Shown here: piece by piece, positions 37,191 to 51,200 of the stretch
Layout: every line of letters begins with the position of its first letter
Numbering within the stretch: position 1 is the first letter of the stretch
Program-made: the position numbers and the translations under genes
The notes under the pieces: model-generated
What the model was told of the DNA's origin: nothing
The model's database searches: none
The model's input: the letters and a program-made list of their open reading frames with translations, nothing else
Source: Trichoplax sp. H2
Taxonomy: Eukaryota
DNA length: 64,000 bases
Reading direction: 5' to 3'
Assembly: GCA_003344405.1 (NCBI GenBank)
Contig: NOWV01000025.1
Span: 248,001 to 312,000 of the forward strand

Positions 37191-40100
37191 TTTAATGCTG
37201 GTTTTCTTTCCATAAATTATCCTCTGTACTCTTACTTACATATTTCAGTTTAACGTAATGAAAATTTATTGCTCACTAATCAATATGAATCATTGATTGA
37301 ATTCATATTATTATTAGACGGGGATGTCGTCTTATATATAAGAATAAACAAGACGATGTACGAAATGTAGCTTTAAAATTGTAGTAAAAATTTTATACTT
37401 TGAATTTGATATATAGATGATAATAGCTTTGTTTTGATCAGCTTGGCAATCATTGCAACATTATGATTAAATAGGTTTCCAATTATCATTTGCTTTTATA
37501 TTAGATGACAATGTTGTCAATGCTTAATCAATCAAGCTGGTTAATTAATCTCGTCTACCAGCTCAGCTTGGTATGCTTAAAATATCAGAGTATTTTAATA
37601 AAGACAACTGCTAATACAAGATAGTTAATAGTTTCAGATGACCAATAAATTCTGACCACTCCCTACGGATAGGCATTAATATATACACATACTATGACGT
37701 AGAGACAAGACTCTTGAAAGATTTTAACTTGATTATTGATAATTGGGCCTTTATTTGATAAATGATGAATTGTTAATGATTGATGATGAAAAGTGAAACG
37801 GAGTCTAGCATAAAAATATAGCTGATTGTATAAACATTTATAGCATTACAACGAATCTAGGATACTTGAAAAGCTTCGGCCTAGATTATTGTCTAAATGA
37901 AAGAATTAATACGCTGCTGTTATAACGCAATTCGTATGTCAACAAATTATAGCCATTAATACAAGTCTTAGCGGATATAAATATCTTTACACTGGTGTAT
38001 ATGTAGAATAAATTCAGATCGATTATGAGTGAATTTTGTGATAAGTAATTATTCAATTTGGTTAAAATATGGGCTGTAGTTCGCATAATTATTTTAAATT
38101 TGTAAAATCGATGTTTGTGAGTAGTTTAATTTTACCGGGGAACTTAAAAGGAGTATATTTTAGTGCAGGCTATATTTATAAGGGTCTGGTGTCTCTTATT
38201 GACTAATAATACGAGATGTAAAGTTAGTATTGGATTCATTAGAATATTGCAACACTAATCGTGAATATAGAATTCTTTCTATGTCATATTTGTGAGCGTG
38301 GAAAATATTTTCTTATTAATAATAAATGATATAATGCAATATCTGAAACACTCGATAATAAAATCTGAAATGAGGGTTCATATCATGAAACTCTTATACC
38401 TCGCATAAGTCGCGTCTGCAAGTGTCGAAAAATATTTTCTAATGAGTAATTAATAAATGTGAAATTGATATTATATTTCTTAAGATATCGCTTCATTAAT
38501 TTTATTTAGACGATCGTGATATCATGGAACTATTTCCTACGTGTTATATAGATGAAAGTACACGTAAAAAATATTTCTGTTATTGGTCATCAATATTAAT
38601 GATGTTGAGTCTGCTAGAATATTTCAACTAGAAAACAGGATCGCATTGCCTGCAATTCTTCTCCTGCTTATCGGTAATGTTTACATACTAAATCTTTTTT
38701 ATTATTAAATGCTTAAGAATTAATATCCAGTCTATTATAATAGCTTTACTAACCCATACGGATCGTCAGGTCGTAGAATTTTTTTTGCATATAGATAATC
38801 TTTATAGCATAAACATTTTTACTTTTAACAATAAATGATATAAGGATAGACATAAAGCTCCTAAATAATCATAGGTGGTCCAATTTAACAACATTATTAA
38901 AGGGTTTTATTTCTAGTTGTCGGATAGATACTGGTCCCCTAGCTCTTTGCTGGTAAACAATAGAGAATAGATATTGAGCGTAGTGGAATATTTTTGTCAT
39001 TGTCAAAATTGCCGACGATGTCATGGGATTTTTTACAGATGAAATCCTGTTTACAAGTACAGCAGATATTTTTAAATTAAATTATATGTTAGGCAGTATT
39101 GAATCCATTGACTTATCATAGCTAATCTAAATCGATCTGGACATTATGAAATTCTTTACTATTTGTAGGTTAATGTTTGCAAAATGTACGGTATGTTTTC
39201 GTATTAATAATAAATGATATACGATAGAAAACGGTCAAAAGAATTGGTATATACTAATAAATTAGATTAAGTAAGAAATATCTATTTCTACTTTATGGAT
39301 TGATTACTAATTATTCATCAATTTAAGATAGATAATTTCTGAATTTAAATTCGGTCTAATCAGATAAAGTCAATTTAATATTTAAAAAGTAGTTGATATT
39401 TGATAGTTGTTCTCAGAGCATAGATCAACAACCTCTTTTGATAAGTTAATTAAGTTGGAAAATAATGATACATAGCGTGCAAAATGATGAGATTTTACGT
39501 CAATTAAATTATTATTTGAGTCATTATATATTTAAAGATAGCTTTCATGTGCGTAATAATTATACTATCGTCCTTTGATATTGTAATAGAGCTGAAATAT
39601 ATAATTATTTGGAAAACTGAATTAGGCAATTTGATATAGATTGGATATGGTCTAAGTAGGTGCACAGCGTATTGGTATGCTTGTCTTTTAGTTAATACTC
39701 TACTAGTGTTTAAATAAAAAATTATCAGCCAAATAAATGGAATATAATTATTATTGAGTACGCGAATATAGCGATGAGAAATGATATTAAATATTGGTTA
39801 AAATGTCTATCAATGGAGCTTAAAAATCAGTCTTGTACAAGAACGGTAATATGATTGCAATATTTCCAATAGTTAAATAAGACGATAGTAGAAATTTGAT
39901 GTTACTCAAGGTGATTCAATTTAAAAGTCTCTGGATTGATGAATCACTTAATTGGATGAAAATAAATAAGTCTAGCTTCAGTAAGTTTATTATGAGGAAG
40001 TCATTTGCTAAAACTCAGATTTCCTTGTCATCTTAATTTGTCTATCGTCTATATTAGGTTATTATTTTCTTCTAGCGTAAAAATAAAATTTGATCACATG

Positions 40101-42205
40101 AATTACTTTATAACTATCATTTTGGGGAATTAATCTTCAATTTTAAAATTTATTTCTTAATTAAATCGATCTTTCCTTCTACTGCAGAGCGTTTTAATGC
40201 AGCAGTTACTATGGACGGGATTCATTTTTATCATCATGATGGAGTAGAACGTATATAATGTTGATATATTGTATTGATATCGTATAAATTTCGTCATTTT
40301 AGGGCTATTATGTCTGTTTTTATTCCTCTAACTCTTTAATCATGCCTATCTTATATATAATATATAACACATAAGTGAGTAACATATATGATGACGGACA
40401 CTGAAGATTGATGAAGTCTTTGATTTAATCTATTATAAGTGTAATACTTTGCTTAACCTTAATAAAACGTATATTATGACGATTAGACTTAACTAGGGCT
40501 GAAAGCTAAGAGAATTAAAGTCATCTACTGACATAGAGGGCATATCCTTGTATTCCAGCATAGCTGAAGACAGAGACAATTGTAATAATAGGATTTAGCT
40601 CACAGAGAAGATTGTTGATAAAAGATTACATATCATGGTGATCAACATTGAATACTGGTAAATTATAATTTATAGACTTAAATATACTTTTTGATTCTAT
40701 CTAGTAGTATTAATATACGTATTCCGTAAGCACTTTATTATCAATTATGGTGATTAACTTTGAATGTTATCATATTCAATAAGTTACAGTAGCCATATGA
40801 TAATGATAAAGAGTACTTAAGGATAAATTTTAATAAAAAACTGGTAATAAGTAATCCAATAATACAAAGGATAGATTCATTTTACGCTATCTAGGCCTTT
40901 TATGAATAATAGTAATAATATGACGTCAAAAACTTCATATGATCGACATTAAACGATAATTGTGTCGAGACAAATAGAAGCGCTTCAAAAATTTATTACA
41001 AACATCGTTGATATCAGACTTATTCTTATATTTAAAACATATTAATGATATTATTTTCAGTTCTTGAATAATGAGTATCTTGTACACTGTACTTGTAGAA
41101 TTGCTGCTGTTTACAAACTTGGTAAAGATGTCAATGTTAATCATGGTATGCCAATACAGTATTTCTTAGCTAGAGATTTTATGATCGCTGCTATTTTACA
41201 TAATCAATCAGTTGGTTATATTGAACAAAGAATTGTATGCTCAATTAGATGTCTTTAGTTTTTAGTAGTTAATATCGCAAAACATTAGATATAAGGCGGT
41301 TTTATTGAAATGATGATATACTGACAGAACTTTACTTGCAACTATGAGGCAGATTAAGTAACCTTTAGCTGAGATCATACTCCCACCTCCGTGTAACTGA
41401 TGCAATTTGTATTGTATGCGCATATTTCCTTCATAGAATTAACTCAGTCGACCTTATACAAGACCATCTAATTTTAATCCTCAGTGTCTTGCTCATTCAT
41501 AAATCTATCGGTGATAACTCTGCTAATTATTATAGCTGGTATGCTATTATGGATTTATTTTATCACAGGATTGCTTTGTACCAGTATTAGTAAAATTAAA
41601 AGATGCCTTGCGTTGAGTCATAGATTTTAATACCTTTTACCCCACGCTAGGTCTAAATTAATTACGAAATTTTGACGTTTAATTTACGCTATGATTCGTG
41701 TACAAAATTGATGGCATATGCATATCCGATTGTTGCAGTATGTCTTTACTGTTTTTCTAGCTATCCAATACCTAATGAATTTTTCTAATATCAGTTACGT
41801 AAGGTAATCACAATTATTGTTGAGTAAGTAAAGACATTTTTGATTCCTGACTAATTTCTATATTTAGATAACTATACTTTAGTACTCCTCAATAGGGATT
41901 ACCTAGATTGACTGATATGATGTCATCGGATATAATATTTTATAAATTGTTCTATATTTCTAATTATGTCATAAAAGTCATACCTGGCATATTTAACTTG
42001 GAGTTTACTCGTATCCAAGACTTACTTTAACGGACAACCTGTACAGCAAATTATATTTAACTACGTAAGCTAACGCAAAATGCATTTTGCGATGAATCTT
42101 GTCTGATCAAACGATTTTTTTGCTGTTGATATAGCGGCTTCTTAATAACATCCTCTATAATCTTTTCTTCCTCACTATTTGTTCATTGAGCCTTATATAA
42201 GTATA

Positions 42206-42550
42206 AATCGATTGTTTTGATTTAATTTCCATAAGAGTCGTTCGTGCCTTGGTACTCTTTCTATAAGTCATAGTTACTATAGTTAGCAAACGATTTGATG
42301 TTGTGCCTCTATTGGAATATATATTTATTTTTTCCGGGATATGATCTATAAGATAGAGCAATAAAAGCAACATACGGGTCTGATATAACTATGAATCGAC
42401 GATTGTGACTTTAATTAATTCCCATAGGAGTCGTGTCTTGATACTCTTTCTATGAGTCATAACTACTGTAGTTAGCGAACGATTTGGTGTTGCTCCTCTA
42501 TCATAGGTGTATGTGTATACTATATACAGAAATATATTCATTTTTCCCTG
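42206..42550. repeat. Diverged ~190-bp tandem duplication
   Basis: CCATA(A/G)GAGTCGT..TACTCTTTCTAT(A/G)AGTCATA..TAGTTAGC(A/G)AACGATTTG at ~42230 and ~42421. Confidence 0.85.
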
Positions 42551-44672
42551 AAGAATGATGTATAAAACAGAGTAATAGAAAGCATAATATAAGTCTTTAG
42601 TCATAATGTATATAAATTAGATATCGATACATAATCACTCTATTCTATAGTTTCATCAGTAGCGGTATTGTTTAATAGTTTATAGGCAGTCACTACTAAA
42701 GATGTATAGACTTTTAATCTTTAGTATTTTACTTCCTATCACCTGTCTTGTAGTTATTTTAAGCCTTTCAATATTTATGACCTATTCTAATATATAATAT
42801 TTCTTATAGATAGTTACCAGGATAATTATTAAAATTAAAAAAATCAAATTAGAAACTAGAAATTAAGCGTGGTAAATAAACTAAATCTGAAATGTTTATC
42901 AATATATTGGAATGGAGTATACGCCCAGATTGATTGACGATGGTGAATACATGTAGAGTAGACGCTTAGGTTAGTCGTTAACCTGCTTACAATTGTGGTT
43001 TCCTCTATTTAGTACTTCTAATAAAACATAATGTTATTATTGCTATAATATTGAAGAGAATATTAACATGGTTGATATAAATATCAAAATAGTAATTGCT
43101 AAATGGATTTTCGATCGTTGATATTGACTTAGTGTCACATGATTCTTTTACAGTTTTTTGCTGATGGTCTTATAATAATACGCCTCGATTTATTTTTGAA
43201 TATTAAAAATAGGAAAGCGTTAATTTCTACGATCACGTCTATCTTCTAATCAGACATATTCTATCACGATGACTTAGATTATTACTCCTAATTATATATA
43301 ATAGGAACATTGGGGTGCTGATAAAATTGATTAGCGTGATTGGTAAACGTTGTTTACATTCTGATATTGAGACCAATTTTACTCCGTCCCAGACTGAAAT
43401 TAATATTTGTCCTGGATGAGAGCCAACTTTCAATATAATTTATACGGATAGTATTCCTCTGTCATTTTGTTTAGCTAATACTTTTATAGCTACTGTAACC
43501 TTGTTAATTAGATTGTGTTATAAGCCTTTGTAAGTTGGAATGCATAGCGGGCAAATATCTATCAATGGTATATTAAAGGTCTTTGTTAATGGAAAGGGAG
43601 TATTTCCAAAGGCGATAGACTTGATCAATTTCTATCCGAAACTAATGCCGAATATTCATTTTTGACCTATAGATACTATATGGTATTGATAATTATTTTC
43701 TCTCCCTACTTTAGAACGAATGAGCTAAACTCTTAATAGCTTACAGTTAATGATGTCATGAAAAAATGAATTATTATTTTTATGGAATTTTAAATGGAAA
43801 TGATAATCATCATTGCTCAAAATCTCTAGAGAAACCTTTGAAAATTCTGTCAAGTTGCTATTAACATCCACGAACTCTTTGTAGTAACTCGACATATTCA
43901 GATCAGTATGCATGATATTTGCAAATTTTGTTAGCTTATGCCGCTAGCTTATATTAATTATTATCCCTGGTTATCTTGTAGTTATAGGAAATAAGAATTA
44001 ATTGTTTTATAACGAAAAATAGCTGTTTACAGCCATATAAATTAGTTTTATTTTAAAAATATACTCTAAAAGTATCATAAGGATGGAGTATAAATTGACT
44101 TATAAAGCCTGGATAGGATAGCAACCTTACTAATCATCACTATAAGATGTAGATGAATATTGACAATGTTAATGATATATGATTTAAGTTTCGATAACGT
44201 AACATTTATAATCTCGCTTTTGTTATATGTGATAATATATGATAAAATGGACTTACCTGATTCTGAGGCTTTGGATCTGAACTAGCGAAGTTTAGCTAAA
44301 CCTGACTGGATACTGTTATTTTTCTAAATCGTTCAGAATTGGAATGCATAGATCTTAAAAATAAATTCATATACGCATATGCTTCTATAATTTAAATTCA
44401 AATGATAATAATTAAGATAAACATCAAGGGTAATTTTTATACCCAGTATATACGTGTTGAACGAAAGTCAAAAATGTCTTGGATTAATTCAGTTACGATC
44501 AAATTGATCCTATGGCTTCAGAATTAAAAAGAAAGTCTAGCAATCATCTAAATAATTCAAATATTAGAATATAGCTTAGTAAATACGATGATCACTATTT
44601 TTTTATCTTAACGATCTTGAAAGGTGTATGGAAAGAAACATTAAAGGAGGTTTTAGCTTGGTTAATAGTTAA

Positions 44673-44896
44673 GTGATTATTATCTAATTATGACTTGAAT
44701 TAGAGGTAGATATTATAGTAAGATTGAGTATTTTAGGAATATTTTAGGCAATTACTTAGGAATACAGTATGCTTTATAAATGGTGATTATTATCTAATTA
44801 TGACTTGAGTTAGTAGGTACATATTGTAGTAAGATTGAGTATTTTAGGAGTATTTTAGGCGACTACTTAGGAATACAGCGTGGTTCATAAATGGTG
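44673..44896. repeat. 110-bp tandem duplication
   Basis: GTGATTATTATCTAATTATGACTTGA.TTAG..AGTAAGATTGAGTATTTTAGGA starts at 44673 and 44783. Confidence 0.92.
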
Positions 44897-47800
44897 GAGC
44901 AAATTACTCATTTGCCGTTTTAATATTAAAGCTCCGATATACCTATGGCTGTCGAGATAATAAGTAAAGATAGGAAAATTTTTTAAAGTAGATGAACAAA
45001 TTTAAAACTTATTGTGTTATTTCTTAATTACCTTCTCCGTCCAGCAATTTAATACATGCAAATATAGATCGTAAATGCTGGAGTCAATTAATTGCATATT
45101 ATAAGACTATATCATCTATATAGATATAACTATGAAGATGATAAATAATTATATAATAATTCTTAATTACGTTATTAGTCGAATAATACAAGATAGACTA
45201 GTTAACGTTAAATCAAATTTCTAACAGTAATTTAAGAATTTCTCTATATATAATTACTATAAATCATAGCAATGATTTACTCTTCCCGGTTGCAGCTCTA
45301 CCATAATAAATACTCTACGCAGTGGATATTATTGGGCATGAATGATTAATTTACAAGATAGCTAATTCTACATTGAGTTTTTTTGATAGTTTAATAGTTA
45401 CACCGTGATAGAAGGAAATTGTATTAAAATCGTCTTAGGATTAGATTGGAATACGCATTACCTGGTAGACTAGAAGGTTATAAGGTTGTAACCTAGCAAA
45501 ATGTTGATGATGATTAAGAGGTTTTGAAGTTTAAAGAAGAAAAAAATTTTGCAGAATGGAATTACTAAGTTAAAAGTAATTATGGAATCGGTTGAATAAT
45601 AGCTGACTAAATGGTTAATTTTCTCAAACATCTTCCACTTTTATGAACTAACTGATGGTAATTAATAGCAATCTAGAGTGAAAAACTGACAATGTCAACA
45701 CTAAGGTAAGCTATCAATCAAATTATTGATTTTATTATTTCGTATTCTTCCTATTTTTATTGTCTAATAATTGCAAATACGATCATTTATGAGTGTATAG
45801 TGGCGTATAAACATTAAAATTAGCTAGCACATTGATTTTTTTGCGTTTGCGTCAATCAATTTCGATTATTATTTGCCTTATTTCAACATCTAGATCTAAA
45901 ACACGTGCTGAGTGAATGTTATTGAGATCATAAAGTATACGCTATTTTTAACTGTAATACTGTTCAAAAGCTTACAATGGGGCTTTTTGCAAGTTTTAAA
46001 TTCTTATTCGATAAAAAGTGCGTGTACATTCTCTTAATTTGAGCGGATATAGAGCCAGTCCTGTACATTTAGCTGCATGAAGCTGTCCAATTGTTGTATA
46101 TGGCTATTCTGATAATAGCTCGATCTAGAGCATTTGTAATGCCGCTATCCAATAAAAATTAAGTCATGAAAACTGTTTTATGTTGGCCATATAGTTGACA
46201 TTAGATATTGTTTCGTTAATTTCCCATAATATTTCATATCAGGGATGTTTACTTTGTTGCCATAGGATGTAAACCATAAATGAAGCAATTAGTTTGCGTC
46301 TAATTACAGCCACACTATGCTATTCACGTATTATTATAGGCACGTCTTCATTTTATATGACGTGCTATAGCATTAAAATAGCTACTTTTCTCTAGTAATT
46401 TAGTATTAGTAAAGCAAACAGATTCGTTTTTAAGAAGTAGCTATGCTATAGCGTTGGTTACATTTGGATTAAGTTGCAGTAGGTAACTTATTAATCCTTG
46501 TTAATCCTTCAGCTGCATTTTTTCGTAGCTATAATTGTTGATAGCCGAGTATTGAACCACGGTTCAATTAGCTGATGAATAAGCTAATGATTCATTGCAT
46601 CTAAAGTATACTATAGCGCCTAAGTTACACTCTGTAGCTAGTAAGTAAAACTCAGTTGCGAGTGTTATAGTTTAGTAGTAAATTTTCTTTTATGCTTATT
46701 TATGGGTAATACTTTTAGATAAACTTTTTACTCTTGATAAATACGATTACGATAATATGGATTGATCCTAAAGCCATATGCTATATAATTCCTTTTATTA
46801 CTTTAGTAGTTATGCTTGTATCTATGCAATATTAAGTACGATATTCAAGATGGTTTACGTCTTTTCTTCAGTATAATTTACTTCTACAGCATATGGCTTT
46901 TGTATATTTATTATGATATGAAATAGACATTATGAACCCTTTTTATAGATGAGATATGGTAGGACTTAATTATGTTTAGACTAAAAGTAACATAAAATAA
47001 TCACGATAGTGTTTTATACAAGAATAACTAAAGAAATTAATGTACAAATTTGATCTAATGAAACAAGTGATTTTTGTTTCATGCTTGTAGATGTGTCCTT
47101 AACGATTCGAATAAGAAATTAGCAATAGCACAACGAATGATTTATGATCTATTTATTTGGTATAGCAGAATAGTTAATAGATATTATTTCATTACAGAAA
47201 ATATCATTCCTGGTGTTTTGCTATATCGATGATTAAAATAATTGATAATAATTTATACATTAATTAATTAATTCATTAAAGTATAACGAAATTCAAAACA
47301 TGGCTAACTTACTAAATTATTATTCTAAAGTTGAAGTTAGCAGTGCAACTGAAATTTGATCGTTATAAAATAAAAGAAAGTCATCGGAATGATTGAACTT
47401 TGTTAAAAAAAACTTGCATCGCCTGTGAATAAGAATTCTGGGATACAGAATTATGACAAATTATTAATAATATTAATGCTACGACCAAAAGAGTTCAATC
47501 ATGGACTGTTTACAAGATGATATAGGTTACAAGCCTGTGAATAGATAGGTGATATTCTTATAGACGCTAAATAATAACATTGTAGATATCGATGAAGAGA
47601 GACACATAATATCCTTTCTAGCATTTCTTATTCGAGCGGGGAAAAAAATGGTAAGTTAAAACTTGCGAATAATATATAATGGTAGCATATTGATTTTCAT
47701 AATATTCTTAATGTCAATTCTTGAAAAAGTATCTACAATCACTATATAAAAATAGTTAAGGAATTAATTATTATAACAAGTGAATGTGTAGTTTATAATC

Positions 47801-48231
47801 TCACGGTGGAATCGAAATTATTTTAGAGTATAGAATAGCTCATCTTAGGTACATATAGAATGCCTTATCAATTAATTTTTACTATCTTTAAAGGGGAAGT
47901 CAATAATTAATTCTATCTAATATCAAACTGTAAATAGTGTGTGCACTATTTTTTTACATCAAGAGTTATGAATTGATAGAAATAATAGATTTCGAAACAT
48001 TTTACTATTCAATTTCTATTAGTATCGGTAGCAAATTTATGATATTTCGTGTAAAAAACGTGTTATTAGTGAATAAGAGTGGGCTATATTAAACAAGAAT
48101 AGCTGATTTGTCATATAAAATGAAGTTACTGATTTATCGATAAAAATAAAAACGTGCCAAATTAAATTATATAGTGTCGCAAATTGTTATACATATTAGA
48201 GAGGAGTTATTGATAGTTTCATATGATTACA

Positions 48232-51200
48232 TTAAACAGTGACTCCTTCTTCAATCCACGCCATTATATTTCCTTCCCAACCAGGTAAAATATCATCATC
48301 ATCGAACAACTACGGTCAGATACGTAGATATAGGTTAGCGTGGATATTTTTTGAATACCAATTTTTTGTAAAATCAACGACTTTAATTTACAGTTGAAAA
48401 TTATACCATTAAATTTACCTCTTTCTTGACAGTTCCAAATTCAGGATCTAGTTCTTTAAAGTAATAGTGATAGTAGCCGGTGAAATTTAAAATCTTTTTA
48501 AAATCTCCGAATGTGATTTGTCCAAGTCTACAGATAGTCAAAAATTGCTGTTAAAAAACGCTAATTGTAACATGAAACATAGCCTCAAGCTGTATAATTT
48601 CTATTCTCAACGTCGTAGCTTAACATTATTTTTATAAGATGAAGTAAAATATCGCCTAATGGTAGGATGGAACCAAAGATTAGCTATGCAGATCACCTTT
48701 TGTGGATCAGAAAAGTGGATGGCTTAGTTTCGCCTTCTAGATGATAAGATACTTTGGTCACTTTATCTGCTGTATTGGATTGTTCTGCCAGATAGTTATT
48801 AATGATTTCATCGGCTTTAGATTGGTAGGATCCTACTGTTTGCTACAATGTATTGCATTAAAAATAGAAATTCTTAACATTTCTACTATGAGACCTGCTG
48901 ATAGTTGTAACTAGAGTCTAATAGTGCTCGATATCGGTTATTCTTTAAATGATCGCTAGTCATTTCTAAAGGTGAACAGATAACAAAGCGGTCAAAGACT
49001 TATCTATTCTCTATACTATAATCGGTGCAAAACACTTGTATGCTAGTATATATCTTATATATATCAATCTTCATCAGTCTTGCATTTAATTGCACACCAT
49101 CGTGTAGGCTGGTCCCACGCCTTAGAGATGAAGTCATGGCAACTACGTTTACTGATTTTATGGATAATAATGAAGCCGTCAGTGCAAACATGAGTATATT
49201 TGTTATTTGCATACACGGCACAACTTTTTCCAAATTGGAAAGGCCATTTTCTACATAGGTTTTCGATTAATAATTATATATAAGATAGCTAGGATAGATT
49301 GTGCGGAAATCATGTAAGCTAATAGTACTCTTTAGTAAATTAATTCTACTCGTAACGGAGTTATACGCGTAAAACAACATGGGAATAAAACACGTTTAAC
49401 ACGGCAAAAACTTAGAAAACGTTGTATCATGAGTTAATAATACGTACTCCTCTTAATTCAAGGTCTGGTTAACGACAAATAATGCTCACTTCACGTTAAC
49501 ATTTCGAGAATAACAGCAAATAATTTAATTAAAAGTGTATCCGTGTCATATCTCACAGTAAACTCTGTTTCTATCATGGTAATGCAGTTGTAATAGGCTG
49601 CTTTGCTATTTTATCCTTCTTATAATATAGCGTCATAGTGGGTGTTATGTATTATAATTGACAACTTGTTTTGATAGTGCTATTGCACGAGAATCGTGAA
49701 CGCAAACAGCTAATGATTTCTATAAGAAATTCTCACTATTTCTACCATAATGTATATGTCTATTATCGGAATCCATCAATCTACACTCTTAGAGTAAAAT
49801 AATCAGTCTATCATCTACGGAAATAAACAGATAAAAAGCGATCGAGTACATTTTGTGTGCTTAACCAACATTCAACCACTAACATCTGTTTTGGCAGCTT
49901 AAAGTATGAAATAATTTATGACTGTTTCAAGATTCGTTAGCATATTTTGTAAGGAAAAGAGAATTATTACGAAAAGTAATATAAAAAATTAATTAATTAG
50001 GCGCAATAGCATTTGGGAGGTGCTAAACACGAGCTTGTGTGCAAGTTTCATGAATATTCCAATAACCCCTTTATCTATTAATTTTCTATCGGCTTTTAGA
50101 TGTATTTTAAAATAAACAATCAAAATTTTAAATATGCATTCTTAATGAATTAGCTGCATTATTTCACAAACTTCAAAAATACCTCATCATCTTCGCTTTC
50201 AATAAATTGTTGTTGCGCATCGATTTCTTGTGCTGGCAATTTTGACTTTACGCATAAATTAAAGTGGGAGGAATTTAGTCATTAAGCAAGCAAATAATCT
50301 CTTGTTTGTTTAATTTCGTATCATGTAATCGTTTAACATAATACATAAAGCATTATGAAATTATTACAAATGACGAAAAAAATTAAGTTATCCTATTCTT
50401 GCTACCTGAGCTCTAGCTTTTATTCTTTCTTGATCATCTCCTATAGCAAGGTTTTTAGCAAAATCATCCATTAATGCTCTAACGGAGCCGACATCAATTT
50501 GGCCCTAATACGATGTATTTTAATAGACGAATTTGTAATAATTAGCAATATAGCGCGCAACATCTATTTAAATTTATAAGGTCAAGAACGATCTAATCAA
50601 TACTATATGTAATGTTAAATAAATTAGTATAAGTCTATTCTTCGATGAAAACCAGAAGCTAAATTGGGCGGTTATAAAGAGTTAATTTCTGACCTCACAG
50701 GCGGCATATTCTTGCAATGTCAAATACAATTGTCGAGTTTTTAGGCGCACTTTTGAGTTTGATCTATCTAGTTCAGTTGAAGCAATATACTGAACCTAAG
50801 TTGAGAATAGAGTTGTTAGCACCAACGATGGTAGTAAATTACTAAAAAATTTACGTCGATATTATTAATATCAGTATAACAAAAAGTGAAATTTGGACCT
50901 GTGCCAAGTTAATACTATAATGATACTATAAGACACGCCTTAAACTGAGGTTAAACTAAAAGTTGATTGATATATCAGGACTAATCAAACAGATTGAATA
51001 TGTGAAGTTATTGAAATCATCAAAGTATGAATTTCTATTTAAAACATTACGGTTTAAGTATAAAGATAAAGCTATACATACCGTGTCATCCAGGCCTGTA
51101 AAGGAATTGCGACGCTTATGATTACCGTTATCTTTTCGTTTAGATTCTAGCAATTTCTAAAATGATATATTATAAAAATTGCGGTTACTTAGATGTTGTC

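Noticed and set aside
29670..43913. Scattered 60-90 aa ORFs in the gene-free tract
   Set aside because: I/L/F/Y/N/K-rich composition expected from AT-rich DNA, no domains, no splice chain; several lie in repeats.
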